A stretch of 64,000 bases of DNA, taken from the NCBI GenBank assembly GCA_012026655.1, contig JAAILG010000125.1, positions 1 to 64,000 on the forward strand. The letters run 5' to 3'. Shown in pieces: positions 24,261 through 38,294 of this stretch. The translations under genes and the position numbers were made by a program. Under the pieces are notes generated by a model. The model saw only the letters and a program-made list of their open reading frames with translations. It was not told the origin of the DNA and did not search any database. The stretch is from Hydrolagus affinis. Lineage: Eukaryota. Positions within the stretch are counted from its first letter, which is position 1. Each line of letters begins with the position of its first letter.

Positions 24261-27200
24261 GTAACCCACTGAAACTGAATTCCTCCAGTGAGGTAAATAG
24301 AAAAGAAAAGTTAGTGAATCTGATACAAAAGCAATCTGAGAATTACCACCACGAGCTAAGTGGAAAGCTGAATCAATAAAACCAACTCTAATGTAATGAA
24401 TTGCACTATAGATAAAATGACTATTCTGAATCATTTTTAATAGTGTGGATGCAAACCATCCGCAAAGTTACCACTGGAAGCTAACGATGCTCGATGGAAC
24501 CTTTTTAAAAAAAATAAAATATCTATTTGTAAATTATATACAGACACAATAATTAAAAGTACCCTTCTTGCAAGGGATTTATTGTCTGTTAACATCATTA
24601 GACTAATATGCAGCTTTACTGCAGATTTGCCAGGCTGGGAATTCTCTTGAGTTAAATATTTTGTGTAAACTACTCTTCCAAAGTCGGTGGTGAAACCATT
24701 AATGCATCCAAAGTATTTCACAGTTTAGTAGCTTGTTGAGAGATGGCTTTAAACTCTTTAGAGCTTTATGTACATTAGGCATACTACAGTTAATAAACAG
24801 AATAAAATAATCGCGCCTGGTTTTCTTCATAAAAGGAATGCTTCATTTATTAATAGATATAGATTTTGATGTAGTTTGAGTGGTTAACTAACTCAGTAAA
24901 TAACAGTAAAATATGACTTTTAAGTGAAAGAGTCTACTGTAAGTACTGTATATTAGATATTTGAACAGCTCACTGCAAGAAATTAATAGCTAAAATTGCA
25001 AATATTAATAAGCTGCTGATCATGTTGTCTTCAGTAATGTATTATGTTTTATGACAGCAAGTCCAAAGATTCAATCATCTCTAAAATGATTTGTGCCAGA
25101 GTACAAATATAATTAGATTTTTTTTAACAGCAGAAGTGATCTTCCAAATCCATAAAATATCCATCAGTTTCCATCGTTGGGACAATGATGAGATACACAT
25201 CACTATTCCGAGTTAACATTTAAGACACATCGAACCTAGACAGGTTAAAGACTAAATAGTGTCAAATCCAAGAAACAAGATTTAATACGATGCACTGCAT
25301 CCTTTTAATTTTTCTTGAAGGAAAATGTGTTGCAGTAGTTATTATATTTTGGACACTTGATAATATATTAGTTATCAAAAATACTGTTGTGATCTTCCTC
25401 CTTTTTCTCTGATCCTCACTCTTCACCCTTAGATTAACTTTTCTATAGCATTTTTTTTCATAATTTGTCCATAAAATATACAGTCAATTCACTTTACAGT
25501 ATATTAAGTGAAGCACTTTGAGACATCTCAACAGCAAGGATCATTACTATTAGTTACTTCAGCTAAGCAGTGATTATTGTATCGTGCGGTACAGATGAAT
25601 TTTGGAGCAAGATTCAAGAACTCAGATGGCCCATTGCTTTTCATCAGTAGTCATTTAAATTACTGGAAACCCCAGAATCCAATCTGAATTTAGTTAAACC
25701 AGCATCAAATCAGTTGTGGTATCTGGAAGCTAGGTTAGTATTGTATCCGGAAGGACTCAATTGCAGTTTGAGCTTTGCCTGCTCACCAAGGTTTGTAAAT
25801 GCTATGTAGGAACAAGATGCTCAGAAATTCATTCTATTGTTATCATATGCAAATGACCTATATGCTTAAGAATGGTTTTTTAAAAAAATCTATATATGAT
25901 TAAAAGCACGAAATTAGTTTTGCATTAACTGACAATCTTCTGTACATCTGAAGCTTTAAATTTATTGACTTTTCCTGTTGAGTTGCTTCATCCATTTCAC
26001 ATTATTCAGTTATCTGCTGCCATGACGTTAATGTAAAGTGGTGCCTTTTACCCTCCAAAATATGATATTGCACCATTAAGGTTAAGAGAAAAAAAATCAC
26101 CTAATTGATTGAATTTGAAAATATTATTTTCGATGTAATAATAAGTCAAAAAGCCAATGAATAGTTGATTTGTGGATTGATGAGTTGGAATTGGATAGAA
26201 GTACAGTACTTGAAACAGATAAAGATTTTATTATATTCCAATAGAGAATAAAACATTTTTCGACCTAGATATTTATTTATTAGTGCATCATACTCTGGCA
26301 TTGAAGAAACCGAACAAATCAGAAGTTCTGAATTAGTCCAAAGAGGTTAAAAGTGAAGTTCCTGTGTGTATCACAATCCCCTGTGCGCCAGCTGTTAGCA
26401 GCCATTCAACCGCGTTTCCAACCATAAAGATAGCATATGAATTGTTAATTAGAGCTGCCTTTTGAACCTGTAGATTATCATGAATAATAGGACAATGAGG
26501 TTGACAGAATGCTGATTTTAATTATAACTGGTCCATTTAATTCAGGGATTAATTAGCACGCATGTTTGACACCATTGATATTGATATTACATGGCAGGCA
26601 GATGACCCTACTCCAGCTATACAAAGGCGGCAGATATGTATGCAGGCAGAGTTATGAATAAATTGCTTCCCTTGTAAAAGGCTATTAATTACACAAATTA
26701 GTGAGTACTGGGTAATCAACTTTAGCATGTATAATTTATAATAATTGATCCCATTTTGACTGACCAACGGTAGGCTTACAAATAAAAACCCTCAGAAGAA
26801 AAATGGTCCCATTAGGAAAAGTTTAATCCTAATCATAGTTAATGAATCTTATTGCTTTAAGGTCATATTTGAAGCTTTGTTAATTGTCAGAACCATTTTA
26901 AATTGATTAGTGTTAAATTAAATCAATCTAATGTTTAGAAAAAACAATATTGCTAATGGATGAGGCTAGAGTAACCCTGAATAAACATATTTATCAACCG
27001 ATTATAGAGAATGAGAAGACCAAAACCTGCTTGTGCAATTCATCACTGTCTGGAATAATATCAAATATCACTATTGGAATCATTATTTTACTTAATATGC
27101 CACCTTGCTCTGTGATACAAATTGTTTTACTGAGCAAAGCGTTTTAAACAAGTTATCAGGCTTGAGTGGTTAAAAAAAAGAGAATTTCAGATATAACGAA

Positions 27201-30200
27201 GCAGTGATAGACATAGATAATGATTGTACATTTATACTAGCTTCAAACAATATGCATAAGGAGCTATTTAAAACAACAGTACTTAGATTATTTTTTTAAA
27301 GTGGCCTAAAGTAAGTAGCATGTACATGTGCATTAATCTGAAGAGTTAGAGCCAGGATTAATTATTAAAAATATAATTCGGGACTGCAAGGCCTGCTTGG
27401 ACATTACATGAACATAACCTTATGTCATTCATTGTCAGGCTGCCCATCATGATACTTGTCAGTGTTGCTAGATAGAACAAGGATCTCTCCACATGTCAAA
27501 ACAGTGTGAGGCAGCAATAAATATGGCAAGCATGGATACTTGACTATTTTCCCAAATGTACTTGTACTTCACCTGCAGAGTTCTTTGGTCAGGCTACACC
27601 TACTGTACTGCATGCTGCTCTGGTCACCAAGACAATAAGGCCCATGAGTGGAAGCACAGATAGACATAGACAAGCTGGTACTTGGGACTAGAGATACAGA
27701 TAGAGAAGGGTGAGGGAAAACATACACTGCATTTTGCCTGAATACGCCTCAGAACTGACAGTTAGCTAGGAAAACAATTCTGGGTTATGTGGGTAACAAA
27801 AAAAAAACAATTCGATTTCCATTCCATTTAATCTTTTCCTGACCTCAAAAATAAATTGCTATTTTCTGAAATTTTCCTTCCTTGTCAAGGGCTCAGATTT
27901 TCAACATTGTGCGAGATGCAATGTCTCTCTTTTTTTTCTTTGCCCAAGATGTTACTTTTATTATTACCACCTGTGTTATTAGATGAGCAAATAAATCCTA
28001 GTTGAAACACAACATACTACATTTTCTGAAAATTACTGGTATGAAAAGCATCTGACAGTTATATTCTTTTATTCCTCATGCTCGATTGTCATTTATTATA
28101 CGTTGTGCTGCAGTCTGTCAAATGTTGCGCAACAGCAAATTGATTTGTGTCTGGTCTTAAACAAAGGTCACTTTGATCAACGCAATACAAAGGTAGAAAA
28201 TTAAAGGTCTTCCTGACAGCACAGTGCTTGAGATGAAGCAAAAATAAAGACCTTGTGAAAAATACATTTTACGTTAACTTACCATATATCTGCAATTAAC
28301 CCTCCCCACAAAGAAATGTTACATTGATTTACCTGAAATTACCTGATTTCTTTGCTGAAATTATTTCAAGCACTTGGTCATGTCATTGGGGGAGTGCTAT
28401 AATTAAAGAAGTTAGGGTCAGACAAGGTTGGATTTCGCCAGCAAAGGTAATCAGAAAAATTCGTTGTTGGTACACATTTAAAAAAAACTGAACTCTCAAT
28501 AACATCTAGGCTTATTTATGGTGATTTTGTAGGAACATACTTATTTACAAGTTACATTACGATATTTATGAAAATCACACTTCCACATAGAGTACCATAA
28601 AAGCATAAGAATTAATTAACATTTTAGCTTGTTTATTCTAACTTAATTTTCTGCACCCATTTAGTTTTGTTGAAATACTTCTTGTTTTTCTGTGGGAATT
28701 GAGCCAGCTGATAAAAAAAACAATCACTGATGTTTTTGTCTGGTCGATCAAAGGGGCCTCACTCTACCTTGGATCTCCCTTGGCTCAGGTATTGTATTAG
28801 CATAGAATTAGACAACAACATTTAATCCATCAATACCAGCAGCAATCTATTTTGTTAGCTTCAATAAAATAAATGCATGGCCTGTGAGAGGGCTCACAGC
28901 ACTGACAGACATTACCCAGTACTTTGTTTAGGTGTGACAAATTAAAACTTGTCCTATTCCACTATTTTCTTAAATAAACTGGGAGAATAAAGGCTTGTAT
29001 TCTGTTCCGGCACAATTGGTTCAAGTCTCCACAAAATGTGAAGGAGATTAATTCATTAACAATATATTGTTGGAACCAAAAGCATTAGCCAGTGAGCGAC
29101 ACTGAGATCCACTCTAGCAAAGTAGAATACTGCACAAAGTAAACACCTCCAGGGAACTGAGTAGTTCTCTAAAGTGCAAAGAAGATTGGGAGGATGTCTC
29201 AAAGCACTTGACACTACTGGCTGGGCACCCGAGAGGCAGACAAAGTGGGTAGGGATGGGGGAAAAGATAATCAAAGAAGCCTTGAGACATGCTTTAAATG
29301 AAGAGAGGGAGGTAGCAAGTCAAAGGAATTCAGGGGAGGGGGCTGAGTGGTTGGAAGCTCACTTGGCAATGGTGAGGTGGATAGAGCAGGGGACAAGGAG
29401 CAGGCCATGTTGTTATTCTTTGGCAAAATTATATAATAATTTATTTGACTACATGGTGAGACAAATTTAATGCCTTTATGAATATCCAGTGCAACAATCT
29501 GAGAGTAAAATGGCCATTTGATGTTTTATCACAGTCTTGGTCAGATATAACTAGACTTCGCTATGTCAGGCAGAAGCAGCATTAAAATGATCTGCCCTAC
29601 AAGTAAGGTTTTATTCAGCTTCACAATATAATGTAAAGTTTAAACAGATTAAAGTGTAGGTGGTCTGTTGTGTTCAATATTTCTTGTGCTATCGATCTGT
29701 CTCTGGCAACATCCCAGGGAGGCGAAGATTAATTGTGACTTGTGCATGTGCATCAGCTTATCAAACAGACTGACATATTTCAAAGGCGTTTCCTAGAAGC
29801 AGTAGTAGCTGTAATTTAGCTCTGCAAAGCCCTTTCTTCTTTGGTGTAAGTCTGTGCTCTCTGGGACTCTGTAGCGGGCACCAATGTATGAATGAAACCT
29901 CAATTTCAAGGCAAAATTGAGGGCCTACATTAGAATGGCTTTATTTGTCCACTTGGGATGTCAAGTGACAAATAGGACACCTCAGACCATCCCCTGGGTG
30001 ACTCACAGGTGAAAGATGCACCTTTGTTTTAAAAGGAATTTAGATTGATCTTCATTGAGATGTGGCTTTTCAATTCACCTCATTGGCAGCTCAGACTGTG
30101 CTGTTCATTACAAGGGTTTTGGCCCTTGTCAATTTTCTTTGACGGTTGATTAAACGGATCACTTTATCATCATTTGTCTGTAGTGTAGGCTGTTTTTTAT

Positions 30201-30914
30201 TCTGGCTCTGATCCCTCCTGGGTTACAGCTGTCATAACTCATTCAGCTTAATAGCGTTGAAACTTGTTACAGAGTTCCTCACGTGGCTTCAACACAGACA
30301 TAGTGCACACGGCGATAAATTAGAGATCAGTATTACTAGAAGCATGTGTCATCAAATAGCAAGGATGCATAGCAACCAACTGGGAGATGCACAGTATTTC
30401 TTTTCCATAAGGGTTAATATATTGTAGGCCGTTACATTTTAAGGCTGCAATATGTCTGTGCAGGCCAATTTCAAAAGAGTCAAAAATGTGTCATACAACA
30501 TCCCCTCAGAGTGCAATGAACTCAGCTTTCATTTAATGATCCAAACAGTACTGTTGACAGCTTAAGCTTTGTAGATGACAGCAGCATCTTAAAGCTGCAA
30601 TATACTGCAGCACATTCACACTGTAAGTAATGTTACCAGCTGTTGTGGAGCTGTGCTCTGCAGACCTGGACTAAAGTGGGATTCGTCATGGCTGCAGTTA
30701 TGTTATACACTTACTGTATATATCCTAACTCTGGGGAGAACAGAGCCAACTTCAACCTATGTAGATATTTAAAGGCAGAATGTGAGCTTGGCCAGGCATC
30801 TCATGAGACACTTTTTCCAGCAACTGTACCAGGTATTGTATGATTTCTGCTGTACACAATTGGCCTCCAGATTTCACCCCCAAAATATGCAATCAATTCA
30901 ACTTGGTGTATATT

Positions 30915-30985
30915 TTGTGAAGCGCTTTGAGATATCGAGAAGACGTGATAAGGCACTATATCAAATGCATGGATTATTATTATTT
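30915..30985 (+). mobile_element. SINE/LINE 3' tail (TGTGAAGCGCTTTGAGA..TATATCAAATGCA..(ATT)n)
   Basis: The same tail recurs at about 19636(-), 21286(-), 25490(+), 31088(+), 31221(-), 62070(+) and 63890(+). Confidence 0.75.
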
Positions 30986-33967
30986 TATGATCGATGACTT
31001 CATGACATCCCAGGATGTCACCTACCTGCCACCAGACTATAATGACAGTGAGATCCTTTCATTTCAAGCATGATGAAATAATAAAGAATTAAATTTACAG
31101 TGTATTCTGTGAAGTGCTTTGAGACATCTAGAAGACATGAAAAGCGCCATAGCAAATGCAAGGATTATTATTTTTTATTAGAATTCACTTCCACTCTCTA
31201 GTTTACAAAAGACTACATCTATAATAATCCTTGCATTTAATATAGAGCCTTTTCGCATCTTCAAGACGTCTCAAAGCGCATCACAGATTATACTGTATAG
31301 TGAATTAACTGTACATTTTGTAGGCAAAATGAGGTAGCCAATTGGGCATAACCGGTTGTGGATTGAGTGACCAGACAAATCTAACGGAACAGCCCGGGTT
31401 ATGTGTGACCTTTGTGTTCTGCCATTACACCACTGGCACAGAGTAACTAATAAGATGAAGTAGTGCAATTGCTTTCATTGTGAAATCTGATCAATCTGAA
31501 TGTGCTTGAGGCACACCATCACCATTACATTGCAGTCATGACCTGCCTGGGTCAGGTAACCAATGTTGCTGTATGCACTGCTACAGCAAACTTAATTTCT
31601 ACGTCTGTTGCTACTGTTCAGTCCTCTGCTTCACTTATAAGCTTAGCTCTGCATCTCTTTATAGAAAGGACTGCCAGAAGAGGATCACTTATTACTAATG
31701 CAGAGTTTGAGCATGAGGTAGTTGATCTGATTCTTCATCAGGCACAAACAACAACTTTGACAATGACTACAGCAACTGTGTATACACAGCCACATGACAG
31801 ACTACTGTTAGCACGTCATGAGTTCAATTGACTCACAAGCAGAAACCTTTGTGTCAGGGGAGGCAGAGAGTCATCAGCCAACAATGAACCTGAGGTCTGC
31901 AATGACAGAATTAAAACAGCAGCTGGAATCTGGCCACATCAGATGGGCACAGAATGAGGAATCAAAGTGGATTTTGATGACATTATAGGTTGCTGGAGCA
32001 GTAAAGTAAGTAGAGAACGAAAAACTTTACTGATATTACTGCCTCTTGGACAAAACACTACTTGTATTTTTCTGCCAGTTTTTAATGCACAATGGCAGAT
32101 TGCATAATTTGTGACAAAATATTTGCTTGATACAGAGCACTGCGTTTCCGACTGTACTTCCACAGTGCTGTCATCACTTTCATGACCAGTTTGAAACGAG
32201 AATGTAAACTGTTTCATAAGTGTTAAAATATCTTGTTTTCTGACTGCCAGCTGGATGATCTATTGTGTTGATGTCACAGTGTGCAGCCTGTGGCAGTGGA
32301 TTAAGGTGGGTCAGACTCCAACAAAAGATATTCTGTGATTTAATTAAGGCACAAATGTTTGTGATATTTCAAACACATTAACGCTATTTGACCATTGAGG
32401 AAGGTCTGGGGCATGGTGCAGAACACTGTCAATGCTTCTTGCCATTACTGCACGAATGCGATTTACTGGCAATGCTGATATCAGCTCTTGCGGCGGCAAA
32501 TGAACAAGCTGTGATTACTGACATTCTCTTCAGCCATATATTCCGAGGTCAATACTCACTCTCAAAGACACAATGGTCTTCAGTGCTTCGGGCTGTTCTC
32601 TGGCTCATTTCAGACTCAGCGCTGACAACAGTGAGAATTAAGATCTAGTAGCATTGATATAACTAGCTCAATGTTCAATAGTGTGTATTTCAGCTACATT
32701 TTTAACCAACTATGGCACGTGACACTGAAGGCACAGGGGAGAGCATCGGCAGTTTGGAGGAGACAATGAAGCCAGCTACACTATCTGAGATGGGAGGGCA
32801 CCATGTAATCCCTATGTATTTACTGAGCTTTCTGTAGTGGAAGCTGCTTGGTTAAATTATCTGTCTATAAAGCAGGGGAGAGTTTTATTCTTATTACTGG
32901 CAATAGACCCAAAAATACTAATGATACTCATAGCAATTCAGGGCTATATTTACTTTTCTGGAAAGGCAATGGTGAACTTGCTGCAATTTGGGTTTTCTGA
33001 TAAGGAATCTGGATCAGCCCAAAAGACAAATCACTCCTCGTGAGAAAACACCAAATATGTCTCCATGCGGGTTTGAGCTGGAGCCTTCTATGGGACTCCA
33101 GGCATTTTCTGCGCTTGACAAACATTTACAAGTGAAAGCTGTGGTCACTAACGCAGCCTATAAGACTGTGTGCTTCACAAAGAGGAACATTTTACAATTA
33201 CAAACAAGTAAGAGCTAAGAACCCTTCAGGATTCTGGATTGTGATATTTGCAGGGTGATGAGGGACCAATGGTATTTGGGCGTTGGATTCTATTAGACTT
33301 GTCTCCACTGGTGGCTGCATCAACAGATAGATAATAGCAGTACTGTACATGAGAGACAGTATTGTATGGATAGAAATTCATTCATAAACATTAATAGTAG
33401 TGCAGTGTACCCAGCTTGCTTATATGATCTGGAAGTTGGCCTTTTTATTAGTAACGATTCGAACACCTCAATTGATTTATACGCAGGTGGATTCTCCGTT
33501 ACTTCAATTGGGTCTACACCAGAGAGTTTGATAATTCCACAATAGCATGCTGTTGTAAATACAGTTACAGTACTTGCAAATCTCAAGGTTGAGCCTTTAA
33601 ATTCATAACACAGTCAAATCGTCTGATCTTCCAGTGCTAACGTGATTGATTGCAACTCCCAACACAAGTGGAAGGCAGCAGTCACCTCCTGAACATTCCA
33701 GCACATTCCCTCGCTCAGACTCTGTCTGACTTTTTGGGAGTTTGTCAATCGGGTAACCCTCTGAGTCACATTTGGCAACGCAATCTGAAATGATGTATGT
33801 TGCAAGTGAAGACCGAATTTACTCCAACCCAAAGCTAGTATGTTATTAATCAACTCGGACTCGAAACCATGACAGCTCAGTTTATAATCATGTAATGATC
33901 ATCAGTATGAAATATATCAGGCATTTCAATAACAACCTGTGTGGTTGTTGGCTAACATAGTAATAGT

Positions 33968-34192
33968 CTGGAACTCCCTCCCTCCCTCCCTCCCTCCCTC
34001 CCTCAATCCCTCAATCCCTTCACCTCATCCCCTCCTTTTCCATCTTCAGGTCGCACCTGAAGACCTTTCTGTTCGACTCCTCACCGTCACCTTCCCCCTC
34101 CACCTTGCTCGGCCCTGGGCTCCGCTATTGTGAAGCCCTCTGAGAAACCGGGGGGGGGGGGGTATTATATAAATGCAAGTTGTTGTTGTTGT
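33968..34192 (+). mobile_element. L2 LINE 3' end including (CCCT)n and a poly-G run
   Basis: CTGGAACTCCCTCCC (WNSLP); CACCTGAAGACCTTTCTGTTCGAC; TATATAAATGCAAGTTGTTGTTGTT tail. Confidence 0.75.
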
Positions 34193-36163
34193 CTGTTTTT
34201 TATAAAGACAATAAAGATCAATGATCAGTCATTTTGGTGGGTGGTGTGATACAAGAGCTTTATTGCTGGAATATGAGTATTTACAGAGCTGAGAAGTTGT
34301 TCATTGCTTTTTATAAGCATTCCAGTGTCGAAGTAGCCACCCATACCTCCCAGCCGTTACGTGGTGCATAGACATCTCTGCTTTGTGTTTGTGCTTACAG
34401 ACTGGTTTACCTCTGGGGTGGGTTTGGTGACTTTGTCTGATTATTGCCACTATAGTGAGTTTGTCATCTTTATCTGACCTGTGGTATCAAGGGATAGCTT
34501 CTGTTTTAGTAATTTTTCTTAAAATCAAGTATTCATATGAAGAGTGTATGATATCAGGAAGACAATACATAAAATATTTCATCAAGAGGGAATTCATTTT
34601 AAATAGTACATCTCTCATCTGTAGTCCCATTAAAATGAATAGGAGATTGAATCCCACACTGAAAAATCAGATGAACGATATCTTTATAGATTCCTGCCCA
34701 TGGAAGTTCCTGCTGATGCCTTTATATCATATCAAATATTATGGCAACTGCCTTTATCCTAGGAGCTGGATATGAACACAGCTGATAAGAAAACAGATTC
34801 AAATTGGTAAGAGGGGTTGACAACTCTCAGAAGATTGGGTTAATAATGTGCAAACACATGTGCTGTATAGAGGGAATTACATACATACTTGAATGTTGGA
34901 GGCAGCAGTTGCCTCCTGAATATTCCAGCACATTTCCTTGCTCAAAAGCCTTTGCATAATTAAGGGAACTAGTTAACCCAACTCACAAATTAGACACCAA
35001 ATGTTAATTCAAACTGAGGTTCTCATCACTATTTAGCATGTTTGCAAACCAGCTCGGCTTATTTCCTTGGGGGAATACCTCCAATACAAATGATTCCATT
35101 TTCCCTGTGCATCATGTACGTCTTAGGGTGATTATGTTCGACACAGTCGACTGTTTAGAATTAACAGGTTGGAACACAATCTTTGTATCCGTGCTTTCAT
35201 AGTGTAGTGATATGTAGTACACATAGTGCGTACATGTTACAAGTTTCATAGTAACCATTGCTATGTTACTATGAAATAATTGTGACTCTAAAGCAAATAG
35301 GTTGCAAGAAAGTTGAAAGATATCTTTGACCTAAACCTGACTTGCCTTGGCCAGAACATTAATGAGTCGTGGAATAAAAGCTGCGGTGATGGCAAAGTGT
35401 TTGTCTTGTGATGAATGACATGAACAAAATGTCTCTGAAAATCCAAACTCAATAAACTACATCTGTCTAAATGTGAGAGAGCTTTCCTTCCAGAAGCTAT
35501 GGCTGGGATATGCCTGGGGTAATAAAAGTTTTACCAGATTTCTCTCAATAAATAAAATAACGGGTTCAGCTGCCCTGAAGTTGATGCAGCACCAACCACC
35601 ACTAAATATCATTTTAGTATTGATGTATTTCCACTGTGCGTTATGCTGGAATAAGAATGCATCTTAATTTGTGGATCCTTAAACAACAGAACTGTACAGC
35701 ACATTGCGGATTGCACTCGAAATATTGCAGGTTCAGTGAGTGAGCAAACTAAACTCTGCACAACATTTTCCTGAAACGTCCCATCACTAGAAAATTACAG
35801 CAATATTTCAGCCCTACTAAAGCCCCACTATACATAGAATATTTACTCTTCATTTTCCCATGTGGTTTATGTGGTTTAATCTGTGACTAAAACTGAACCA
35901 TGTATTCTCATAAATATGACAATGGATGCATTAAAGCCTAAACCTTTCAGAATGGTATATTAACATAGACTTAAATGGCACTTGAAGGTTTCCTATACAG
36001 CTGAAACACAAAATGCTACTTATAAGCGCACAGAAAGAATCTAGTCACAATTCTATGCAATTTTGAATACTCAGATCTAAAATATAGTTGATGTATTTCA
36101 GGAAGGGCAAGAAACCCTGGGCAGCTGTAAGACGTCAGTGGCGATAGCTTTCGCCTATGAAGA

Positions 36164-36530
36164 GTGGTAGCATTCTCGCCTCCGAGTCAAAAGCCTCACA
36201 CCAGGAGCTCACAGTCTAAGTGGATATATCAATGCAATGCTAATGGAATGGCTGCAGTGTCAGAGGTGCCATTTTTTGGATGAGATGTTAAAACCAACGT
36301 CCTGTTTCCTTTTCAGGTAGATGTTAATGATCCCCTGGCTCTATTTGAAAAGAGCAATTTCTTCTGCTGTCTTGCCCAATACTGCTCCGGATAAAATTAG
36401 TCATTGACTTCATGACCACTTGTGAGACATTACTGGCTGCCATGCTCAAATAAAAAATTCAGTAAACACTCTGAAGACCTTTGAAACTTTATGACATGAT
36501 AAGGGGCAATATCAAATTCAAAGATTGTTA
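36164..36530 (+). mobile_element. Deu-domain SINE
   Basis: GTGGTAGCATTCTCGCCTCCGAGTCA head; GAGGTGCCATTTTTTGGATGAGATGTTAAAACC..CAGGTAGATGTTAATGATCCCCTGGC core; tail. Confidence 0.8.
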
Positions 36531-36534
36531 TGAG

Positions 36535-36680
36535 GGGAACGCAAAATACTGCAGATGCTGGAAATCTGAAACAAAGCAATTCTGATGAAGGGTCATGGAC
36601 GCAAAAGGTTGACTCACTTTCCTTTCTCCATAGATGCTGCCTGACCTGCTGAGTGTTCCCAGAGACTTCTGTTTTTGTTT
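36535..36680. mobile_element. Penelope-type chondrichthyan repeat fragment
   Basis: AAATACTGCAGATGCTGGAAATCTGAAA..TTCTGATGAAGGGTCA..AGATGCTGCCTGACCTGCTGAGTGTTCCCAG, recognised from memory of shark repeats. Confidence 0.7.
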
Positions 36681-38294
36681 AAAAGATTATTAGGATTATT
36701 ATTTTGCTTGCTGGACTGGTAGTACTCATTCTGTGATTGGCCCAGCAAGGTGAGGTTCCTTGAGGTGAGATCAGCAACATGAGCAACATGGACCATCAAA
36801 TTACTTTTTGAATGGAATATCCTCAGGATTGCTCTCAGAGCCTTCGGCTGGGAGTCAACGACTTTACAGCCAGTGAGCGCGATCAGGAAGGCAGCCTCCT
36901 TCTTATTGTTCAGATTGAATGGAAACATATACGTATTAATCTTTGCAATTGAAGAACCCCTCATGGTACTCGATTACAACTACCAAAGCAACCTTCATTT
37001 ATTATGAGTATTTATCAATTTTACTTTTGGACACTATATTATTTTTAAAATAATTTTGATGCGATACCGTATGATGAATAATAATGTTGCCAGGTGATTG
37101 TTATCTAGAGCGTCCTGATGTGCCAGGAACTCTATTAAATCCTATGTTGCTTCTGCTTTACCACATGATTTTTGCAGACTGACTAGTGCTATAGTTACTG
37201 CTGGGTTGCTACAGCACAAAGCAGATTACAGCTGCCGTGCACCGTTGCAAAGTGAAAATTGATTAATATTTGTTCTCCAAATGGCAGGCAATGATGTATG
37301 AATCCTCTTTAGTGTTTTAAGTAATACTTTAAGGAGATGAATAGCCTCTACAGAAAATGTTAAAGTTCAAGCAAAATAATTTGCATATTTATATTACAGC
37401 TTACTGATAATAATTACAGCAACATAGTGTAATAGGGTTTGTATTTCATTCTAATCTAATAGTACTTCAGAGCTAGACCTCATTACCTTCTATGGACAAG
37501 AGCTCTAATATCCTTCTGTTATAAATACACAGTTAAAATGGTATCGCTGAATACTAAGGAGGAAATCATTATTCATGGTTATATACAGATGGCTTTTTAA
37601 GGCCTCGGTGGTGTTTGTTGAACCTGAAATAACCAGTTACGAATTTTTCTACTAAGTGATAAGAAACGTCTTGAGGAACTATCCTGCGATCCGTCATATT
37701 TTTAGTCATAGGCGCCATTATGCAAATGGATCTCTGTCTTTGAAATGTTAGAAGTCCTTTAGAAGAGATAATGCTCTTCACACAGTGATTCCATTTGAGT
37801 AAAATAATGTACAATAATGTACACTCTGAACAGCTGTATGCATTTGTTGTTGTTGCTGATGTTTTACCACAAACCTGAACTCAATCACCAGATAGGTAGA
37901 AACATGTTTTTAATTCCATTTGAAAATGACCAAGTCCTGTACATTCCTGTTTGCACCAGATTGCTTCTAATGGTCTAAAGGGCACTTTCAGATCAGGTGA
38001 ATTTGATGTGAAGTTATTGTTAATGAATTTGATGTGTTTTGATATTGATGGGATATAACTATTAGAAAATATTTTTCATGGTCAACAATTGTGGGGCCAG
38101 AGTAATCTAATTCCACTTTTCGATTAGAATTAAATATGATCCCTGCGATTCCTTCCCTCATTGTCATGAAGGATTTTGAATTTCCTCTTTCAGTTTAATA
38201 GGAGTTAAGGAAAATGTTTAATTGTCAGCTTCTACAAAGACCAGGGAAAAAATTTAAATATGTAAATTTGGCAAATACAAGATATAACATAGGA

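Noticed and set aside
31502-31831. 109-aa ORF, with a faint Myb/SANT-like hint on the opposite strand
   Set aside because: No convincing motif, and stops interrupt the minus frame; a Harbinger call cannot be supported without a search.
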